Assembly (NCBI GenBank): GCA_001567355.1
Contig: JYNZ01000003.1
Location: 136,655-177,990, forward strand
Reading direction: 5' to 3'
DNA: 41,336 nucleotides
Source: a candidate division WS6 bacterium OLB20
Lineage (GTDB): Bacteria > Patescibacteriota > Dojkabacteria > B142 > OLB20
The translations under genes and the position numbers were made by a program. Shown piece by piece: positions 9,860 to 18,548 of the stretch. Position 1 is the first letter of the stretch. Each line of letters opens with the position of its first letter. The notes under the pieces are model-generated. The model did not search any database. It was not told the DNA's origin and was given only the letters and a program-made list of their open reading frames with translations.

Positions 9860-11080
9860 TTGGCTTCATCACTAACAAAATCAACTGACCTCGTCCGGAA
9901 ACTGATTGTATTCTTCATAATTTTTGCAATCTTTGTTTTCATATTTGATTTCATACTTGCCCTGATCTCTCCGGAAGAACGTGATACTCCGTTGCCGCGC
10001 AGGGACAACAAGGGGTACGTTGAAGCCAATAATGCCCTCGGGACAATCCCGCGGTTTCCGGTACGGTCTCTCACTCTTGCTCCTGACACAAGAGCATCAT
10101 ATGCCTTAACAAGCGCGCTGCCAGAGTTTCCGCCAACTGTAAATGTATACCGTATCGATCGTCCGACAGAGACGTTCCTCAGTGTGCCGAATGCCCTCAA
10201 AACCGCTGCAGCACTTGGATTTGATCCTGACCAGTATCAGAATACATCAGATGATGTATTATTCTGGTCAACACCCAACAGTACAAGGACGCTGACATAT
10301 AATAAGGTACTTGAAGACTGGCTGCTTGAAGTAAATCTTGCGACCGATCCTGCCGCACAGCTCGATGACAAAGAACTGGTTACTATTCAGGACTTTTACA
10401 AACAGGCTGCTGTCGGCATTATCGGGTCACTGGGTCCGGAGTCAGGAATGTTCAGCACTGACACTGTACGGGTTGACTATATTGATATTGATGCGAGTGG
10501 AAACTATACACGTTTTGTTCAGCCAACCGATGCACGTTATGCCAGGGTTGCACTATTCAAGGCCCTTGAATCGTCAAGTCTTGTAGAAAACTACCAGCCC
10601 CGCGAAGGCGAGGTTGCATCACGTCCCGTAACCTCAGAAGTGAGAAAAACAGCGTATATGAGTGCTCCTGCTGAGCTGGTGCTGCAGGGCAGTGCTGACG
10701 AGCCTGATGAAGACATACTTTCATATAAGTACCGTGAATTTCTGCCAGCAGACAAAGGAGTATATACCCTGATAAATCCCGAAACTGCATGGAACAACGT
10801 TCAGGCTAACCTGGGATATCTCTATTGGCTCAGGCCCGAGGACAGAGACGTTTTCGACCCTTATGAACAGGTGGTTGTCACACGGTTTGATGCTCAGCCC
10901 GAAAAAACCCGAATAATCTATCTTGAGCCGGACAACTGGGATCCTAATCTGCCCTATACGCAGTTCCTGCAACCGTTCTATATCTTTGAGGGTATCGCGA
11001 GACTCCAGGATGGCCGGGAGGCGGAATTTGCATTTATTGTCGAAGCATTGAATAATAGTTCCTATAATAACGGGGACTAA
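9860..11080 (+). CDS. Hypothetical membrane-anchored protein
   Basis: 406-aa ORF with TTG start and an N-terminal TM helix (LIVFFIIFAIFVFIFDFILALI); C-terminus FLQPFYIFEG...FIVEAL. Confidence 0.8.
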   Translation: MASSLTKSTDLVRKLIVFFIIFAIFVFIFDFILALISPEERDTPLPRRDNKGYVEANNALGTIPRFPVRSLTLAPDTRASYALTSALPEFPPTVNVYRIDRPTETFLSVPNALKTAAALGFDPDQYQNTSDDVLFWSTPNSTRTLTYNKVLEDWLLEVNLATDPAAQLDDKELVTIQDFYKQAAVGIIGSLGPESGMFSTDTVRVDYIDIDASGNYTRFVQPTDARYARVALFKALESSSLVENYQPREGEVASRPVTSEVRKTAYMSAPAELVLQGSADEPDEDILSYKYREFLPADKGVYTLINPETAWNNVQANLGYLYWLRPEDRDVFDPYEQVVVTRFDAQPEKTRIIYLEPDNWDPNLPYTQFLQPFYIFEGIARLQDGREAEFAFIVEALNNSSYNNGD

Positions 11081-11115
11081 AGACTGCCCTTTTCTTTTTG
11101 TTTACCCACTTTAAC

Positions 11116-12792
11116 ATGAAAAAGCATCCGGTAAAGTACATTTTTGTGTCCGGAGGAGTACTCTCTGGGCTCGGAAAGGGCGTCTGCGCGGCCTCTCTTG
11201 GAATTCTTCTGCAGAAACGCGGTTTCTCAGTCAGCGTGATCAAATGCGAGACGTATCTCAATGTCGATTCAGGAACAATAAACCCTATTGAGCACGGTGA
11301 TCCCTTCCTCTGTGAGGACGGTCTGGAGGCCGATATGGATCTTGGAACCTATGAACGCTTTCTGGACATAGAAGTAGGTCGAAAAAACTTTACAACCATG
11401 GGCCAGGTGTATCAGAAGATCATCAATGACGAGCGACACATGCGCTATGAAGGTAAGACAGTAGACGCAATCCCTCACATCCCCGAAGAGATAATTCGCC
11501 GCATTAAAGTGGCAGCAAAAGGCTTTGACATTTGCATCATCGAGCTGGGTGGCACAGCAGGCGAGTATCAGAACATCTTCAATATCGAGGCGGCACGCAT
11601 CATGAAACTAAAGCACCCGAAGGATGTAATCCATGTACACCTCAGTTATGTACCTGTTCCGGCACATCTTGGCGAACCGAAGACCAAACCCACACAGCTT
11701 TCACTGAGGCTTCTTAACCAGGCGGGGATACAGCCGGATTTCCTTGTGGTGCGCAGTGAAGTAGAGATCGATAAAAAACGCCGAGAAAAACTGGCAATAA
11801 ACTGCAACCTCAACTCAGACTATATTATCAGTAATCCTGACCTCGCAAATATCTATCTTCTGCCGCAACTGTTCAGAAAGCAAAGATTTCATGTCAAGGT
11901 AATGAAAGAGCTCAATATCAAACCACCTCGCACAAGAACAGACCTGTCAGACTGGCAGGCGTTGCAACGACGGGTCCGCGGAAACAGCAAGACACCGGTA
12001 ACCATAGCTATCGCTGGAAAGTACTTTGCAACAGGCGATTACGAACTGTCGGACTCATATGCATCACTTCTTCATGCACTACGGCATGCCTCATGGTATA
12101 CGGGTATCGATCTCAGACTGAAATTTGTAAACACAGAAGACATTGAGAAGAAGGGGATTTCAATGCTCACAGATACATCCCCGGACGGAATAATCGTACC
12201 AATCGGCTGGGGCAACAGAGGTGTAGAGGGGAAAATATCCGCTATCAGGTATGCACGTGAGAGCAAAACCCCTTATCTGGGACTCTGTTATGGAATGCAG
12301 CTTGCTGCAGTCGAGTTTGCACGCAATGTTGCCGGTCTTAGAAATGCTCATACAGAAGAGGTCGATCCGGATACAGAGCACAAGATTATTCACAGTATTC
12401 CGTTTAATAAAAAGTACCAGACGATTAAAGGCGAAGGTGTGTCCATGAGACTGGGTGCATTTGATTGTGTACTCAAAGAGGGAACCCTTGCAGAACGTGT
12501 GTATTCAAAGCATGATGCCTGGAAGGATAAATCCGGTAGAATCATAAGCGAGCGTCACCGCCACCGCTTTGAGTTTAATAATGAATACAGGGCAATACTC
12601 GAAGAAAAAGGTTTCGTCATTTCTGGGACCTCTCCGGACGATTTTTTTGTAGAGATGATCGAGTTACCAAAAGCCCTGCACCCGTTCTTTATTGCCACGC
12701 AGGCTCATCCTGAGTACAAATCAAGGCCACTCCATCCTCATGCGCTCTTCCTTGAATTTCTAACTGCTGCAAAGAAAGCCAGGAAAAAGTAG
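11116..12792 (+). CDS. pyrG: CTP synthase
   Basis: KYIFVSGGVLSGLGKG, KTKPTQ, glutaminase GLCYGMQ, ERHRHRFE and QAHPE. ATG at 11116. Confidence 0.97.
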   Translation: MKKHPVKYIFVSGGVLSGLGKGVCAASLGILLQKRGFSVSVIKCETYLNVDSGTINPIEHGDPFLCEDGLEADMDLGTYERFLDIEVGRKNFTTMGQVYQKIINDERHMRYEGKTVDAIPHIPEEIIRRIKVAAKGFDICIIELGGTAGEYQNIFNIEAARIMKLKHPKDVIHVHLSYVPVPAHLGEPKTKPTQLSLRLLNQAGIQPDFLVVRSEVEIDKKRREKLAINCNLNSDYIISNPDLANIYLLPQLFRKQRFHVKVMKELNIKPPRTRTDLSDWQALQRRVRGNSKTPVTIAIAGKYFATGDYELSDSYASLLHALRHASWYTGIDLRLKFVNTEDIEKKGISMLTDTSPDGIIVPIGWGNRGVEGKISAIRYARESKTPYLGLCYGMQLAAVEFARNVAGLRNAHTEEVDPDTEHKIIHSIPFNKKYQTIKGEGVSMRLGAFDCVLKEGTLAERVYSKHDAWKDKSGRIISERHRHRFEFNNEYRAILEEKGFVISGTSPDDFFVEMIELPKALHPFFIATQAHPEYKSRPLHPHALFLEFLTAAKKARKK

Positions 12793-14299
12793 CCGTCGGA
12801 GTAGCACATTGTCCGACAAAAACACACCTGACTCTATACCCAGGCTATACCAGCTAACGTTTTCTCTTCCCGTTTTGCATTATTACACCAGCATAGCGCG
12901 ATAAACAGGAAAAGATACTGCGGTTTCTGCTAAACGAACATATTCTCGCGACACAATGTCGGACATTCTGCCAGGAAGTCCGTTCGCGATATTTTTACCA
13001 GCACCAGTCCAATATCGTTTAGATATATCTCACACCGTCTTCGTTTCAGAAATCATAAACCTCGTCCGCTCAGAGCCTGAGTAAAATTTGCTGCCAATAT
13101 AAGGCGACTGCAAAGCGACCGATAGTATAGAGGCGTAAAAGAATGAGTATACAGACAGATAATATTAGTTAGCCAAGGTAAGCGTACGATAACCAACTGT
13201 ACTTGCTGTATAGATTATTGTAGTAACTATCGGCTTATTCTAAAAACCTTCATACACTCTGCCTGCTTTTAAGCAGCTAGAGAGAAGAACCAGTATCGAG
13301 AGACCGATCAGACACCGAAACTCATAAAGTATTTATTTTCATATCATGCAATTATCTCAACAGGCAGTCAGACATGCGACCTTTGCAACACCAGCGAGGT
13401 CTAAACCGGTACTAATGTACAACAAATATGTGATTGACAATCATAGCGTCTTGGATGTCTGTGTAGTATTCTTGTACAGAAATCTGTCAACGTCGTTTGC
13501 TGCGACGTGTTGTGTCAGTTTACTCTATATACAGGTCGTTTGTCTCTCTGATATATTATTTTCTTCACTGTATACTCTCACTCAAAGCCCTTTGGCGATG
13601 AAATTTGCTTGCCGGAATGCAAAATCGTATATATCTGCAATGTCACTAACACATACTATATACTAAATTTGTTTCTGTGTCTGAGAGTCTCCGGTCAATG
13701 TAGTCATGCCCATTGCAGACCGTGTATTTCATGAATAGAATCCGGATCGATTTTTACTGCTCAGCTGTTTCTATTCCGAAGCCTATAGCCGATCCACCAA
13801 CACAGGTAGCGCTGACTTCTACTGTGCGACAACACTTTTCGTGACACCTTATGATCCGATCGATATTGTCAGTTATTTTATCCTATGCGTCAGATTATAT
13901 GACCATACCCTAGATCAATAGATGCATTGCTAGTTCAACACTGGGTGTAATTTTGATTCCATTAATAATGGTTATCAGCAATCCCCATAATCTAAAAGCT
14001 AATTAGACGCGAAAAACTAACACCTGATACCACATACTTATTAATTGAAATATCCTTCTTGAATGTTGCCATTAGCAGAGAGTGCTAAGAAGAAGATTAT
14101 CGTTATGCACGCACAATCCGGGTGGAAAAGCCACCGCAGGTTCTGTTTTACCTGCATACAATTTCGTGTAAACTGATACCAGATACTACGTCCGATAATT
14201 AGACATGTGTGTGCAGCCGGGTACTCTACAATTCCTTAATATCCTTCCGGCACATATTAATTAGTGTATTTATTCTGTGAAACTGAGCAACCTTAAGGT

Positions 14300-16207
14300 A
14301 TGAGACGCAGGGAACCGTCAATAATCTCGATAATCGCACTGCTGATACTGGTCATCGGTATTCCTGCAACAATTGTTGCAATCAACCTTGGTTTTAATCC
14401 GTTTGCATTTGCCAGCCCAACAGAGTCTCCTGCCGAGCTGGTTGTTGCAAATGTCACAGACACCAGTGTAACGGTCTCGTTTCTCACTCCGGCAGCACCC
14501 ACTGATGCGCTTATCAAATATGGGACCGCTGCAGATGCACTAAACCTCATCGCTTCAGACACACGCGACCTGACGACAGGTCAGTCAGGGGCTTACCGAG
14601 TGCACACATTTGAGATCAGCAACCTGAACCCGGGTACAGAGTATTTTTTTGCGCCGGTAATCGGAGGAACAACCTACAACAACGGAAATACACCGTACTC
14701 GTTTGAGACGTTCACAACGCTTGACGCTCCGGCTGTCCCTAATCCGAAGTACGGTTCGGTCAATCCGACCAGCGCAGGTGCACTTGTTCGTGCACATGCA
14801 GTCAACGACGGTACCGTCTCTACTCCAATCTCAACACTGACAGCTGATAACGGTACGTTTACCTTTGATGCGGGATCCCTGAGGACACAGGATGGTGAGG
14901 TGTTTGACCTGCAAGGGGCGGAGGTGATTGCAGTTATTGCAACCGAGGATAATGCACGGGGTGGAGTCCAGTTTGATGCATCCGCACAACCCGGCAGGGT
15001 GGCTATCACCGGAAACTCAACCCTGGCTTACTCTCCTGTGCTGACAGCGCTTCCGGAGACAGGGATCACCGCCACACCTACATTTACAACCGGATCGTCA
15101 CCGACAACAACACCGACAGTAACCGTTACAGGCCAGCCAACGGCAACTGTAACTGCGACTGTAACCCCCACTGTTACAGCCACGACCTCACCCGGTGAGG
15201 ATGATTCCGTAATCCTTACTGCAGCATACAGCGGTGGACTTGAGCAGACAGACTCCAGTGCACCGCATACCGTTTTTATCAGCAATCTTTCAGTTAACGG
15301 TTTTACTGTAAACTGGCTCACCAAGGAGCCGACGACAGGCGCAGTGGTGGTCAGCAGTCAGAGCACACAGTATCTGGATAATCGCGACACCTCTTCAAGC
15401 CAGAGTGCACGTTACACGCATATGGTTGATATTGACACATCCGATGCGGATCCTGGTGACCTGATATCATTCCAGCTGACTTCAAACAACAAAACATTTT
15501 CAGGCATCGAGGATTTCCGTTTTTCGGTTACAGTACCCGAGATTTCGGATTCCCCTCCATCCCCGGCAAGTATTGAGGGTACTGTGGATACCGGCTTTAC
15601 CAGGACTATCGACCGCGACCTGATCATTGCAGGTCAGGGTTTTGGGGGCGGAACAACCTGGTCCAGTATTCCTGCACCACAGTCTGGAGGTTTTTCGCTT
15701 AGTTACGGTGACCTTGTTGATCCTGACACAGGATCATACGTCAGCCCGGATCAGATCAGGATTGTTGCCTATGGAGAATACAACAGCTCCGATACCGCCA
15801 CTGCAGATCCTGATGAGACTGTCGCACTGGACCTTGAGCCAGGTGTCAGTTTTACCGATCTTCGGCAGAGCAGAAGCTATTCATCACCGCCCAGGTTTAC
15901 CGGTACGGCTCCTGCAGGCAGCACTGTGCTGATCGATGTAAACGGAACAGAATACTCAGCAACAGCAGACTCGGGCGGTCAATGGCGTCTGAGTGACCTC
16001 AGCTCCCTGACCGCAGGGCAGAACACAATTAGCGCTTCTGCGGCTGGTGATATCGTCGCCACAACATTCTCACTTGACCTCGAGCTGCTGCCAGACACGG
16101 CGATCGAGAACTGGGGAAATCTGGCGGCCGGGGCGCTGCTTGTTCTGGCGGGACTGGTAATCAAACGTATTATTACTGTTACCCGTTATCAGCAGAGCAG
16201 AGGGTAG
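14300..16207 (+). CDS. Surface protein with two FN3/purple-acid-phosphatase-N-like domains, a Thr/Pro linker, an Ig-like domain and a C-terminal LPxT-type sorting-like signal
   Basis: N-terminal TM helix; VANVTDTSVTVSF...HTFEISNLNPGTEYFF; ISNLSVNGFTVNWLT; TPTVTVT linker; FTGTAPAGSTV...ADSGGQW; LPDTA followed by a hydrophobic helix and KR. Confidence 0.85.
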   Translation: MRRREPSIISIIALLILVIGIPATIVAINLGFNPFAFASPTESPAELVVANVTDTSVTVSFLTPAAPTDALIKYGTAADALNLIASDTRDLTTGQSGAYRVHTFEISNLNPGTEYFFAPVIGGTTYNNGNTPYSFETFTTLDAPAVPNPKYGSVNPTSAGALVRAHAVNDGTVSTPISTLTADNGTFTFDAGSLRTQDGEVFDLQGAEVIAVIATEDNARGGVQFDASAQPGRVAITGNSTLAYSPVLTALPETGITATPTFTTGSSPTTTPTVTVTGQPTATVTATVTPTVTATTSPGEDDSVILTAAYSGGLEQTDSSAPHTVFISNLSVNGFTVNWLTKEPTTGAVVVSSQSTQYLDNRDTSSSQSARYTHMVDIDTSDADPGDLISFQLTSNNKTFSGIEDFRFSVTVPEISDSPPSPASIEGTVDTGFTRTIDRDLIIAGQGFGGGTTWSSIPAPQSGGFSLSYGDLVDPDTGSYVSPDQIRIVAYGEYNSSDTATADPDETVALDLEPGVSFTDLRQSRSYSSPPRFTGTAPAGSTVLIDVNGTEYSATADSGGQWRLSDLSSLTAGQNTISASAAGDIVATTFSLDLELLPDTAIENWGNLAAGALLVLAGLVIKRIITVTRYQQSRG

Positions 16208-16240
16208 GGTATAATCACTTTCAGTTAATCAGAATCTTCC

Positions 16241-17162
16241 ATGATAACAATTCTTCAGGGTGCGGTTATGGGCGTAGCGGAACTGATCCCAGGCATCAGT
16301 GGCTCCACACTAGCACTGACAATGGGCATTTATGATGACTTTGTCGACCTTCTCCATGACGTGTCGGTTCTTTTTCAAAACTATAATTCTTGCTGGTATC
16401 GGAAAAAAACGACGCTCAGACATTGTTACTGCATTCAAAACAATCAATCTGCATTTTGCTGTTCTGCTGGGTATCGGAACTGTGCTTGCAATCGGTCTGT
16501 TTTCAGGAATAATGAGCACTTTGCTTGATGAGCATACCAGCAAGGTCTACGCAGTATTTATGGGTATCATTCTGGCTTCGCTTGTTATTCCGTTTCGAGA
16601 ACTGAAAGGTATCACTATTGAAGAGTTTACGCTTACTGTCGTTTCGTTCGTTCTCTGGTTTGTGCTGTTTGGACTGACACCTTCCGAAATTGAACATCCC
16701 CATCCACTGCTCGTATACTTTGGCGGCATCGTGGGTATCACCGGACTGTTTCTGCCGGGTGTCAGCGGTTCATTTATTCTCCTGATCCTGGGACTGTACC
16801 ACTATGTTATTGACAGCGTGCGCGATACATTTCGTTTTGCAACGACTTCAGATCAGCTGATCAATCTGATCATCTTTGCCGCAGGTCTGGCAACCGGCTT
16901 TATGCTGAGCGTCAAACTGCTGCGTTATCTTCTGGCACATCAGTACCGGTATCTTATGGCGTTTGTGGGGGGACTCATGCTGGCGTCAGTACGCGTATTA
17001 TGGCCATTTACAGCCGGCAATCAGCCTGTTGCGCCGTGGGAGATCACAACGGCAGAGCTTGTACCGCTTGTATTACTGTCCGTGTTCTCAGGTGGTATCA
17101 CTCTTTACATCGCTTCCAGGGCTGACCTTAAGGATGCTGTATCTAACAGCCCCAGGAGGTAA
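16241..17162 (+). CDS. DUF368 membrane protein (putative undecaprenyl-phosphate translocase family), split by one frameshift
   Basis: GAVMGVAELIPGISGSTLALTMGIY in the first frame and LPGVSGSFILLILGLY in the second. Removing one T from the T run at 16371-16375 joins them. Confidence 0.85.
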
Positions 17163-18460
17163 AAGGAGCCGGTAATCAGAAGCATCTCGTCATCCTGAAG
17201 CTGCGCGACAGCCTGCAGCACAGCCTGGTTTACATCGGTGTACGACGTCCTCGTCACACCAGGTAAAATCTCATCGAAGATCAGGTCAAGTTCGGCAGCA
17301 GGCACAGATGACACGTACAGGTCCTGTGTTGCCGCAAAATCACACAGATAGACCGCCTGCAGACGGTCCTTAATTGTCGAAAGCTGGCGTACCGCATCTC
17401 TGGCACGGACTTTGTCTCTGCCTTTCTTAAATCCTGTCACAAGTCGGATTTTGACATCAGGATCAATCTCATCCAGGGTCCGGACCAGTGCGGCCATCTT
17501 ATCTGCATTATGAGCAACATCGGTAATTACCAGAGGATCTTCTGAGAAGATCTGGATACGGCCGTTAAGCCTGGTATCTTGAAGGGCTAAAGCTGCATGA
17601 TCGGGGTTAAACCTGTCCCCGAGAAACTCGGCAGCAGCTGTGAGCGCTACTGCAGCATTTTCAGCCTGATGCCTGCCATGCTGTCGCAGCGTAACTTGCA
17701 CCTGGCGGTCTTTAGTGTAGGTAAACACTGTCCCCGCCCTGTTTACAGTAATATCGGACGCAGTAAAGTCTCTGCCTGTGCGCAGCAGTGTTGCATTCAT
17801 TCTGACAGCGTGATCTTCAATGACGCGAAGGACAGAACTGCTGGTTACACCTGTAACCATTGTACGGCTGGGCTTAAGGATCTGCACTTTATCAGCTGCG
17901 ATCTCTTCGACAGTGTTACCCAGAAACTCCTGATGGTCCAGTCCGACCGAAGTGAGGACAGCGACCTCTGCATCAATAATGTTTGTAGGATCAAGCTTCC
18001 CACCCATTCCGACCTCCAGGACTACCGCATCAAGGTGGCGTCTGGCAAACAGAACAAATGCCATTGCCAGTACAAATTCAAAATAGATCAGTGTGACACC
18101 GGTTTTGTCCGTAAAATAGTTATCATGTGCTGCCGCCACTTCGTCAAACACAGCAGTAAATTCTTCTTCACTGACTGGTTCACCATCGATGCAGATACGT
18201 TCCCTGACCGAAAAAATATGAGGAGAAAAGAATGATCCCGTTTTAAGACCGTGTGAACTTAGAATCTGTTGCGTGTATGCTGTTGTTGATCCTTTTCCGG
18301 ATGTGCCGGCAATATGGACAAACCGGAGTGAATCATGAGGACTGCCAAGGTATTTCATGAATCCCAGAAACCTGTCCAGCGTGTAGTTTTCAATCCAGAT
18401 CGACTTCTGGGTGTAGGCCTCAAGTCGCTTCTCGGTCTCAATGAATTCGTTGTTTTGCAT
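17105..18460 (-). CDS. folC: Folylpolyglutamate synthase / dihydrofolate synthase
   Basis: HIAGTSGKGST, SPH, ERI, EVGMGGKLDPTN, GLDHQEFLGNT, DVAHN and ITGSFYL. Confidence 0.95.
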   Translation of the reverse strand: MQNNEFIETEKRLEAYTQKSIWIENYTLDRFLGFMKYLGSPHDSLRFVHIAGTSGKGSTTAYTQQILSSHGLKTGSFFSPHIFSVRERICIDGEPVSEEEFTAVFDEVAAAHDNYFTDKTGVTLIYFEFVLAMAFVLFARRHLDAVVLEVGMGGKLDPTNIIDAEVAVLTSVGLDHQEFLGNTVEEIAADKVQILKPSRTMVTGVTSSSVLRVIEDHAVRMNATLLRTGRDFTASDITVNRAGTVFTYTKDRQVQVTLRQHGRHQAENAAVALTAAAEFLGDRFNPDHAALALQDTRLNGRIQIFSEDPLVITDVAHNADKMAALVRTLDEIDPDVKIRLVTGFKKGRDKVRARDAVRQLSTIKDRLQAVYLCDFAATQDLYVSSVPAAELDLIFDEILPGVTRTSYTDVNQAVLQAVAQLQDDEMLLITGSFYLLGLLDTASLRSALEAM

Positions 18461-18548
18461 ACCTTATACTGATATATTTTGTAAAGACTTCGCTCGGCAT
18501 CCGTTTCAGAACTATAACAAAAAGTTTTACCTTAACCTACACGTGCTT

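Noticed and set aside
12795-12822. pyrG terminator (GTCGGA-N11-TCCGAC)
   Set aside because: Short stem followed by A residues rather than a U tract; better explained by the palindromic motif.
12971-13240. RNase P RNA-like P4 halves (AGGAAGTCCG and CGGCTTAT)
   Set aside because: No convincing P1/P2 helices or internal conserved regions by eye; an Infernal search would settle it.
13346-13666. 106-aa ORF in the intergenic gap
   Set aside because: Cys/Ser/Tyr-rich composition and AT-rich codons unlike neighbouring genes; no recognisable motif.
14072-14088. CIRCE (HrcA) element
   Set aside because: Only the right arm GAGTGCTAA matches; there is no TTAGCACTC at N9 spacing and no chaperone gene follows.
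14147-14174. dif-like site (TCGTGTAAACT)
   Set aside because: It resembles one XerD arm, but no matching XerC arm is present.
15070-15190. Low-complexity repeats
   Set aside because: They encode the Thr/Pro/Val linker; not a DNA repeat element.
17105-17162. 58-bp convergent overlap of folC and DUF368
   Set aside because: Both overlapping tails appear to lie beyond the conserved domains; common in compact genomes.
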